The notes under the pieces are model-generated. The model did not search any database. It was given only the letters and a program-made list of their open reading frames with translations, and had not been told where the DNA came from. A program made the translations under genes and the position numbers. A stretch of DNA of 64,000 bases, taken from positions 96,001 to 160,000 of IMG/VR virus record IMGVR_UViG_3300005096_000005; one strand, written 5' to 3'. This document shows positions 31,011 to 38,173 of this stretch, one piece after another. Numbering within the stretch: the stretch's first letter is position 1; every line of letters starts with the position of its first letter. This DNA comes from a virus.

Positions 31011-31414
31011 CCCAGGCTCTTGCCCTCCTCGAGTCCGCGTGTTGCATTAACGATGTCATGGATGCGGTCTTTCAGTTCCTCGTCATCCGGCACATTCACG
31101 CCAAGATTCGTTAACCCCTTCTTAACTACATCCATGGCCATATTGAGTTTGGCATCGCCAGTCATCTTTTCAGACTTCTCCTTGAGCAATCTACGAGCCG
31201 CCTCTTCGGTAGCATTTACGCCACGGATGCACAGGGCCGTGATCTTTGCTTCCAGGTCGTCGCTGATATCAATGTTTGTTGCGGTTTCAAACCTCACAAT
31301 AACAGCGTGAACCAGTTTTGGCGCCTTGGCAACCAGAATACCTACCAGGGCTGTGAGCCCCGCGGGGATAACCACCCCGTACAGCAATTGCTGTGCGTAA
31401 GATGTCCATTCCAT
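30998..31414 (-). CDS. Holin-like protein (LL-H-family-like)
   Basis: One N-terminal TM (LLYGVVIPAGLTALVGILVA) then GVNATEE...GDAKLNMAMDVV...ELKDRIHDIV; ATG 31414 has RBS GAGGTG (track start GTG 31423). Confidence 0.65.
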   Translation of the reverse strand: MEWTSYAQQLLYGVVIPAGLTALVGILVAKAPKLVHAVIVRFETATNIDISDDLEAKITALCIRGVNATEEAARRLLKEKSEKMTGDAKLNMAMDVVKKGLTNLGVNVPDDEELKDRIHDIVNATRGLEEGKSLGESD

Positions 31415-31415
31415 G

Positions 31416-31778
31416 TTACTCACCTCTCCTTCGTTTCTTTATTAGAACCATAATCGCGACACTCATCACGAACATCACGACAAGTAACACTTCTTGTAAT
31501 ATGTGTGCGAGCAATGAAACAGAAACCTCCTCGACAGAAGGTGTCCAACCATAGTACCGGGTAACATTCAGAAGCCTCGTTACCAGCGTACCGGCTGCGA
31601 GCAACAGATAACCAACTACCATCAGAAACACCACCGGAAAGAATCCCTTTCTGGATCCTTTCTGGTGATCCTTCCAGAACTGATATACGACAGCGCCCCA
31701 TGTCCCCAGGTTGAGAATCCCCAGAATACACAGAGCAATGCTGTGCCCAATAACGGCTTTCGGATCCATCTCCCACAT
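31416..31778 (-). CDS. Small membrane protein, 3 predicted TM helices with basic C-terminus (holin-like)
   Basis: Three hydrophobic stretches; ends KKRRRGE; RBS GAGG. Confidence 0.55.
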   Translation of the reverse strand: MWEMDPKAVIGHSIALCILGILNLGTWGAVVYQFWKDHQKGSRKGFFPVVFLMVVGYLLLAAGTLVTRLLNVTRYYGWTPSVEEVSVSLLAHILQEVLLVVMFVMSVAIMVLIKKRRRGE

Positions 31779-31787
31779 ACTGGCGCC

Positions 31788-32012
31788 TCATCCTTTGTTT
31801 GTAAACCACTTGTCCTGACCATTCAAGATCGACCTGTGACTATCCTCTACAGCCTTTTTAATGGTCACAACACCCCCGTTTTGAACTACGACGTCTACGC
31901 TCTTTCCACATGCCTCCGCCGCATGAAGGAACTTTTCTACTGTGTCTTCAAGCTTACTAACAGTTTTCCTGGCCGACTCTGGTATAAGAGCCGCTGCCTG
32001 CTCTGCATTCAT
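31788..32012 (-). CDS. Hypothetical protein (74 aa)
   Basis: ATGA-coupled to upstream gene; fills the operon. Confidence 0.55.
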   Translation of the reverse strand: MNAEQAAALIPESARKTVSKLEDTVEKFLHAAEACGKSVDVVVQNGGVVTIKKAVEDSHRSILNGQDKWFTNKG

Positions 32013-32404
32013 TGGTATCTCCCTATTCCGTTCAACTTGCCCGAAAGTTCGCTGATACGATTTACGAGAGGGGCCAGGCCATCGGCAAGCCGGTTAAGGG
32101 TCTGCTCTGTCCGATCCCATAACCTGCGATTCTCTTCACGCATGGTATTGTAATACTCTCCCATGTTCTGGTCGTGTCGAGTCTCGCTCTCCTCTTTACA
32201 CAGGCGACACTTCTCAGCCTGACTTCGGGTCTCAAGAACCAGCCGTTCTGTTTGTTCTTGTTGAGACTTTACCAGCACCTCGTACTTGTCGCACTGGACC
32301 TCATACTTGCGCCACACAACATAAAGTGCTATCCCTAATCCAATTATAAGCAGTCCGGGGACTCCTACCTTGTCAAGGACGAATTGAATGATCGGTTCCC
32401 ACAT
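32009..32404 (-). CDS. Single-TM coiled-coil protein (BhlA-like holin architecture)
   Basis: MWEPIIQFVLDKVGVPGLLIIGLGIALYVVWRK then coiled coil; ATG 32404 overlaps upstream TAA (TAATG) with RBS GGAGG. Confidence 0.55.
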   Translation of the reverse strand: MWEPIIQFVLDKVGVPGLLIIGLGIALYVVWRKYEVQCDKYEVLVKSQQEQTERLVLETRSQAEKCRLCKEESETRHDQNMGEYYNTMREENRRLWDRTEQTLNRLADGLAPLVNRISELSGKLNGIGRYQ

Positions 32405-33066
32405 TACACAAAAGCCTCCGCAGTAAACTCCCCGTCCTGGTACTTTATCCACGTCAGTCCGCCTTCAGCCGTCCCGGGGTTCACGAACTTGCACGGACCA
32501 ACGTCCTGAACCGACTGGATGTGAGTATGCCCTGCCACTGCCACATGACATCCGCTCTTTAGAGCCTTGTTTACCACCTCTGAGATAAACTGTTTATCAC
32601 TACTATTGCGTCCTGATAACTTCAGGCAATTCCTCTTTACTATGTAACGGGTTACTTTTCTGAAGACGCGAGTATTATCAATCCAGTCCGTAACCATAAA
32701 AATTGCTTTGTACCTTCCGAAGAGGTGCCCATGCGTGATAAACCACCAGCGGCCATCTATCTCAATCTTGTGCCATGGGTACACCATCGGCCACGGAACC
32801 CACATCTCATGTCTCATGTCTCCATCATGGTTTCCCGGCACATAAAGCAGTACCCGTTCCCGAATTCGGGCCATCCGACTATAATAATGCTCATGACAGT
32901 ATTCTGGACTACGCATCCACGCATCAAAGATGTCGCCAGCCAGAACGATCCAGGCATTTTCATCTTCTATCCGGTCCACTGTAGCATCAAACTGTCCGAC
33001 GTCTACCTTTGGATGTTCCCAGTGAAGGTCGCTGAAGATGTATATGGGACGACCCTTCGTCTTCAT
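32404..33066 (-). CDS. Calcineurin-like metallophosphoesterase (LpxH-like motif layout)
   Basis: All five motifs present: SDLH, GDIFD, GNHD, HGH, GHTH, plus NPG; ATG 33066 overlaps upstream TGA. Confidence 0.85.
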   Translation of the reverse strand: MKTKGRPIYIFSDLHWEHPKVDVGQFDATVDRIEDENAWIVLAGDIFDAWMRSPEYCHEHYYSRMARIRERVLLYVPGNHDGDMRHEMWVPWPMVYPWHKIEIDGRWWFITHGHLFGRYKAIFMVTDWIDNTRVFRKVTRYIVKRNCLKLSGRNSSDKQFISEVVNKALKSGCHVAVAGHTHIQSVQDVGPCKFVNPGTAEGGLTWIKYQDGEFTAEAFV

Positions 33067-33215
33067 GCCACCGCTTCCTCCCACTTCTTGCACGTCAAAG
33101 TATTCCCTGACACAAGTTGTTTAAGGAAATCTGTACACCCTGCCTTGCACTTCGGTTCTTCAACATTGTCTTTGTTCAGGTTACTACAGTTTAAACATGT
33201 TTGTCCTGCTGACAT
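33063..33215 (-). CDS. Small Cys-rich protein (50 aa)
   Basis: MSAGQTCLNC...CKAGC...CKKWEEAVA; ATG 1 nt after upstream stop with RBS GGAGG. Confidence 0.55.
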   Translation of the reverse strand: MSAGQTCLNCSNLNKDNVEEPKCKAGCTDFLKQLVSGNTLTCKKWEEAVA

Positions 33216-33216
33216 A

Positions 33217-34143
33217 TTACGCCCTCCACGTTTCCAATTTGAACACAGCATACTTTTCAGTGGGAGTGGTTTCTCCCGAACTGAATCTGATACGAACAAT
33301 ATAGTCCGGGCTGAGAGCTGTAGCTGATTCTCTGGAGTCATTCGGCATTGGCTTTATGGTTTTACACATAGGCATTCTATCGCAGAAAGCCCCTCCATTC
33401 ACCGTTGAACCCTGCGCCTGGAATGTCTTAGAGGCGTAGGGAACGCGTACTTCCGCATGAATCTGATCTCCATTAGCCCATCCATAATCCTCGTCGATCA
33501 TACTGAGCCCTGCCTGGAAATCTGCCCCCGCAAGATCTGTCACTTCGTTCTGTCCGGTAACCCAGTAGTCGATGATGGTATCATCACCGTCTTTGTAAAC
33601 TTCAACCTGGTCGGCGTCGACTGTAACCCCGATATCGTAGGTGTTGCTTAGATTCGCGGCCAGGGTAATGACATTGTTCGCCACATCAATAGAAGCAATG
33701 TAGCCGGTCTCCGCAACGCCTCCCCTATCTATCGTTACCTGTTGGAAAAGGGAAAACCCCTTAACACTTGACACCGCCAGGTCTGCCTGAGCACTCACCG
33801 CCTGTGCAGTAAGTGTTACCGAGTTGTTACGTGGAGTATAATCGGTAACCCTTTCGGGCGCTGTGCTCATGTTCAACCGAACCCCCGCGCCTTCGCATTT
33901 GAACGTCTGTCCATTCCTGTGGAACTGGAGCTTGACCTTCATTGCGCGATCGCGCTCCTCGTCCACCTTTGGATGTTCCTCGGTATCAATAGTAAGAACA
34001 ATGGTAACAGAATCCGCATCGATAACATGACTGGCGTCGTTCTTGCATTGTGTCGGCGCGTCCTCAGTATCGTCGCGCCACTCATACACCAGGGCGGCCT
34101 CCGTCTCGCAATAATATCTGTACTTATACAATATCTCTGACAT
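33217..34143 (-). CDS. Hypothetical structural protein with N-terminal Cys/His motif
   Basis: 308 aa, RBS AAGGAGG; YRYYCETE...W...PTQCKN...HVID motif; central beta-barrel-like segment. Confidence 0.55.
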   Translation of the reverse strand: MSEILYKYRYYCETEAALVYEWRDDTEDAPTQCKNDASHVIDADSVTIVLTIDTEEHPKVDEERDRAMKVKLQFHRNGQTFKCEGAGVRLNMSTAPERVTDYTPRNNSVTLTAQAVSAQADLAVSSVKGFSLFQQVTIDRGGVAETGYIASIDVANNVITLAANLSNTYDIGVTVDADQVEVYKDGDDTIIDYWVTGQNEVTDLAGADFQAGLSMIDEDYGWANGDQIHAEVRVPYASKTFQAQGSTVNGGAFCDRMPMCKTIKPMPNDSRESATALSPDYIVRIRFSSGETTPTEKYAVFKLETWRA

Positions 34144-34152
34144 AAGCCCTCC

Positions 34153-34800
34153 TTAGAATATCGACACTCCCTTGGTTCTTGCTCTGACGAAATCTCCAGC
34201 CGCCCTCCTGATTTGCAACTCCATAACCGCTTTACCTGCAGGGAGATTTGTCAATGCGTTATCTGTCTCAAGGTTATCGTCGTTAATCGAATTGGACTCT
34301 GCGTATGCGATCTGGTTGTTGTTCGTTACATCATACAATCTGCACTGAGCATAATTGCTGCCGGAGTCCGTATAGATAATAAACTCCGCGCACTCCGGCA
34401 GTCGATGCATATTGTCCGTTCCAGGAAATGTGAACGACCGAACAGACTTCCACACAGTTCTCCTTGTGCTGACAAAGTCTTTGCCAGTATCACCACACGA
34501 GATAGTCCCTATCCACCCCTTCTCCCCCGCCGCCTCCATTATCTCGAACTTGGAGGCCGGATCCATCCACTGACCCGCCTGTTCAGGCGTCTGCTCTACA
34601 CCGTCAACAACCAACACAAGACTTCCGGCTGTGATGTACGCCTGTATCTCGTCAGAATACGAGTGACACATCTCAGACTCACTAACGAGATCCGGGACAA
34701 CGACGAGCGTACCATTATTTTGCGGAACCGACTTGCCCCCAAGCGTCTTTAGAATAATGGGTGACGCCGTCGTGTTTTTAAGTGTTATAGCTGTTGCCAT
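34153..34800 (-). CDS. Hypothetical structural / fibre-associated protein
   Basis: 215 aa, RBS AAGGAG; N-terminus resembles that of 34811..36559; C-terminal RLYDVTNNNQIA...LTNLPAGKAVMELQ domain. Confidence 0.55.
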   Translation of the reverse strand: MATAITLKNTTASPIILKTLGGKSVPQNNGTLVVVPDLVSESEMCHSYSDEIQAYITAGSLVLVVDGVEQTPEQAGQWMDPASKFEIMEAAGEKGWIGTISCGDTGKDFVSTRRTVWKSVRSFTFPGTDNMHRLPECAEFIIYTDSGSNYAQCRLYDVTNNNQIAYAESNSINDDNLETDNALTNLPAGKAVMELQIRRAAGDFVRARTKGVSIF

Positions 34801-34810
34801 GAACTACTCC

Positions 34811-36559
34811 TTAAGCTGTGAGCTCAATCTCTACCAGCGCGACAACGTCGCTCGGCGAAGAACCCACAAGGTTTGTCACGTAAACTGAGAGAAGATCTCC
34901 TGCCGCAAACGTATTGTTAGCGAAGGAGGCGCCATCGTCTTCTCCACCCGCCGCACCGCCAGTGAGGTTCACATCCACAGTCGCATCCAGCACAGCTCCG
35001 TTTTTATGAACCTCAAAATCTACCGAGGTTCCCGGCGCCGTTCCACACTGAACTGACATCCCCGTTACCTTGCCAGCCCTTATCGCTCGATAAGTTGACA
35101 CAGAGCCGAAGATCCCGTTCACGCTTTTGAGATACGTGTCACCCGGCACAGTACTGCGACGGCCAAATGTCAAGATCAGTTTCTGGCCATTGCTTGGGGC
35201 ACGATCGCAACGCAAAACACCTGCCGTATGCTTGATCGTGTCATCGTCAGTGTCCACTCCAGTGCCGTCGGTTGTTACAGTTACCGGAGCAACTGAAGTG
35301 TCAGTTCCAGAATACGCTTTGACCTTAAGATTCTCAGAACCGTCATCCTCAAGACCGTCCCCGGCCACGTCGGAGGCATCAAAATTCAAGTTTCCTGACG
35401 CATCCTGCTGAAGACCGTCACCTGCTACGGCGGGCGCAAGCTTCGCTCCTGTAACTCCGTCATCTTTAAGCTGTATCTGGTTACTTGCATTGACCTCGAG
35501 AGTGCTGTCGTCCGTTACGGCTTCCAGTTCTCCAGAAGTCCCATTAACACGCAGGCCGCCATACTGATCTGCAGCTGTCGAATTAGTCTTCGGTGTCACC
35601 GCTATGTCGTCTGCCTGGAAATCAATTCCACCACGTTTTTCTATGACTCCAGAACCAACGTGCAGGATATTCCCGTTCTTGGTCATACCTACGCCAGCTG
35701 TAATTTGTCCTGCCCCACTGAACTGGACGAAGGAGAGTGCTGTGGTTCCTATGATGATGTCGTCATTGGATGTAAGTACCCACCCGGAATCTGCATTCTC
35801 TGCGCCTTCCGCGACAAACAAAAAGGCTCCTGCCGTGACATCCGCGTCTTCATCGAAGTCTGCGGTCCGTGTCATCTGAACCCCGGACCCCTGGAAGGTA
35901 TAGATACCATTCTCTTCGGGGGACGATGCCTGATTCTTCACGAGAACCCTGTCGCCAATATTGAGCGTGATTCCGTCAATGACCGACGTTCCCGGGTTGT
36001 TCAGATCCATGTCGGCTTCTGTGTTGGTCGTGGCGACGCGGACAGATTCCTTCGGATCAAGCCCCTGAGCCACAGAATCCACATAACCGCGATTGACCAG
36101 ATCAGTGGTGCTAAACGATGTTGCAGATGAAGATATCTTCCCCGCACCCATCGCCAGATTGCCGCTGGCGTCCGTCTTAAGGACCTGTTCCGTTCCTGCG
36201 GGTGCGGCAGAGATGTTGGTTAAAGCGGCCAGAGCATCAAGCTTCCCGCCTCCGTCGACCCCCTCATGATTGTGTTCGGAATTGGTCTGATCTGTAATCT
36301 GCTGCTGTGTGTAAGTACCGAATGCTGCGACCGAAGTAATATCCTTCGTCCCGCTCGGCGTCTCGACCACCAGCACGTTATCCGTAGACAGTACCAGATC
36401 GCCCCTTTGAAGAGCATCCCCTATCTCGGCATCTGTGAAGCTGAGGGTCAATTCGAGCTCTCCGCCTCCCGCAGCAATGGGAGCGGCGAACCCTAACTTT
36501 GAAACATCCCACGTATTCGACGCGTGGTCGTTTCGCAACTTCCTGAGTCTTGCTGACAT
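34811..36559 (-). CDS. Fibre protein (head/neck fibre type)
   Basis: Common phage fibre module NRGYVDSVAQGLDPKESVRVATT...IDGITL..GDRVLVKNQ...ENGIY...FVQFSGAG followed by AGDGL/DDSTL shaft repeats. Confidence 0.75.
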   Translation of the reverse strand: MSARLRKLRNDHASNTWDVSKLGFAAPIAAGGGELELTLSFTDAEIGDALQRGDLVLSTDNVLVVETPSGTKDITSVAAFGTYTQQQITDQTNSEHNHEGVDGGGKLDALAALTNISAAPAGTEQVLKTDASGNLAMGAGKISSSATSFSTTDLVNRGYVDSVAQGLDPKESVRVATTNTEADMDLNNPGTSVIDGITLNIGDRVLVKNQASSPEENGIYTFQGSGVQMTRTADFDEDADVTAGAFLFVAEGAENADSGWVLTSNDDIIIGTTALSFVQFSGAGQITAGVGMTKNGNILHVGSGVIEKRGGIDFQADDIAVTPKTNSTAADQYGGLRVNGTSGELEAVTDDSTLEVNASNQIQLKDDGVTGAKLAPAVAGDGLQQDASGNLNFDASDVAGDGLEDDGSENLKVKAYSGTDTSVAPVTVTTDGTGVDTDDDTIKHTAGVLRCDRAPSNGQKLILTFGRRSTVPGDTYLKSVNGIFGSVSTYRAIRAGKVTGMSVQCGTAPGTSVDFEVHKNGAVLDATVDVNLTGGAAGGEDDGASFANNTFAAGDLLSVYVTNLVGSSPSDVVALVEIELTA

Positions 36560-36604
36560 TGGTATGTCACCTCCGTTAAGATTGTTATAACAAACCGCCC
36601 CGCA

Positions 36605-37126
36605 TCACTGTCTCCATCGCAGTTCCACGAGTACGGAAGGCTTCTCAGCCTGACCACTCACAACACGGCAAGAGAGCTGTTCTCCAGCCTCAAACGTCTT
36701 GGTTGTAAGGTTTGCTACATAGCCCACTTTCTGACCTGCGGCTATGGTCACATCAATAGAAAGCGTATTGGCGGTAACTCTGAGAGTAACAGGAGCCACA
36801 ACATTCTGTGTAACAGCAACCGCCACAGATAAAACTTCTCCCTTAACCGCCAGCGGAATACCCACCACATTGCTGGGGATCCCGTTGGCCCACAGATACT
36901 GCCCGGGAACAACAAGAGCATTCCTTCCCATCTGTACAGCAAGAGCTCCGAATCCGCTATGCCAGTGCATGCTGTCTGCGTTCTTACCTTCTGTGAGGGC
37001 TTCCTTCTGCGCCGCAGACAGGAACTTGTTTTCCTGGCCGTAATCGGTCAGCTTGTCGGTTTGAATGCCATTATACCCCGCACTCTTAGGGGCAACATCC
37101 TTGTCTCTTGTCAGCGTTTTAGCCAT
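36605..37126 (-). CDS. Short fibre-like protein
   Basis: LT.G.NADSMHWH motif; C-terminal domain resembles that of 34811..36559. Confidence 0.55.
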   Translation of the reverse strand: MAKTLTRDKDVAPKSAGYNGIQTDKLTDYGQENKFLSAAQKEALTEGKNADSMHWHSGFGALAVQMGRNALVVPGQYLWANGIPSNVVGIPLAVKGEVLSVAVAVTQNVVAPVTLRVTANTLSIDVTIAAGQKVGYVANLTTKTFEAGEQLSCRVVSGQAEKPSVLVELRWRQ

Positions 37127-37169
37127 AGCTCACTCTTTCCCAATTATAGCACTGAGCTGTCACATAATG

Positions 37170-37550
37170 CTACCGTCTCAGATCATCTTGTGTACGCAGT
37201 TCTCCTATTACCAATTCACCAATGGGTTCAAACTGTATCCAATTCGATGGCATATTCACCCCATCGTAGTCTGCCACGTAGTACACATCGGTAGATAAAT
37301 CTCCTTCTGCCAGGAATAACGGATGTTCCACCTGTCCCTGGACTACCGGTGGGTCCTTGAACACCAACTCGTTACCAGTCAATGCCCCAGACGTATTCCA
37401 GGTCCCGTCGTCCTGGAGGATGCCATATTGTCCGGTTGTCGAACGATACCTTCGAAGCAACACCAGTTCCCCCGCCTGAGACGTCCACCACAGCATCCGC
37501 CTGTCGGGCGCTGTCAGAAAGTGTGCGAATGTCGGTTTAACTGGTGACAT
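37170..37550 (-). CDS. Hypothetical protein, paralogue of 37550..38173
   Basis: Shared LRR.R...L..D..WNT...D.Y.VA...S.W...IG.L..Q..L.R pattern. Confidence 0.55.
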   Translation of the reverse strand: MSPVKPTFAHFLTAPDRRMLWWTSQAGELVLLRRYRSTTGQYGILQDDGTWNTSGALTGNELVFKDPPVVQGQVEHPLFLAEGDLSTDVYYVADYDGVNMPSNWIQFEPIGELVIGELRTQDDLRR

Positions 37551-38173
37551 TACCTTACCAAACCTCTCTGTATCGTCAGTCTTCCGATTGGGGAAACAGA
37601 ATCCAGCGTTTCGATATTACACGCCCGCCAGTCTGAGCGCCCTCTCTCCACAGGGGTGGTTCCCGCCTGCGGGTCTAACGGACTTATAGACTCAGCTGCC
37701 ACTTCGTAAATATCCCCAGACTGATAGTCGTCGTATGTAAAGAATCTGGACGGCACTATACCACTTCCTCCAAGCAATTGTCCTGTAACTAAAGCACTCT
37801 CAGGAATAAAAGACATGAGCTGTGTTACATCGTCGACTGTATTCCAGGACAGGTCGCTGTATAAATACTCCGTCGTGCCTCCCCTGATTCTCCTTAACAC
37901 ATATCTTTTAACATACTCTCCTTCTTCCCATGATATTACCCCGCTGGACGTTTCAGGAAGGGCCGCCTGACTCCCTGCTATTGGTGCGGAAGCTGGAAGA
38001 ATAAACGCCACAAGAAAGTCGCCGGCGTTCCCTGTCTCTACAGGCTCATACACGTAGCTCACAAAGAACTCCATCTGTATCTGTTCTTCGTTTCCCCACG
38101 ACCCTACCGGATAGTAGAGCGCTATTGAGTCCACAAAGAATCCAAGCGATAGTTCAGACTGTTCTTCTGACAT
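37550..38173 (-). CDS. Hypothetical structural protein
   Basis: TAATG-coupled on both sides; acidic, beta-rich. Confidence 0.55.
   Translation of the reverse strand: MSEEQSELSLGFFVDSIALYYPVGSWGNEEQIQMEFFVSYVYEPVETGNAGDFLVAFILPASAPIAGSQAALPETSSGVISWEEGEYVKRYVLRRIRGGTTEYLYSDLSWNTVDDVTQLMSFIPESALVTGQLLGGSGIVPSRFFTYDDYQSGDIYEVAAESISPLDPQAGTTPVERGRSDWRACNIETLDSVSPIGRLTIQRGLVR

Noticed and set aside
32404-33341. ORF-track starts at 33341, 33093 and 32452
   Set aside because: They overlap upstream genes extensively; ATGs at 33215, 33066 and 32404 have SD sequences and stop-start coupling.
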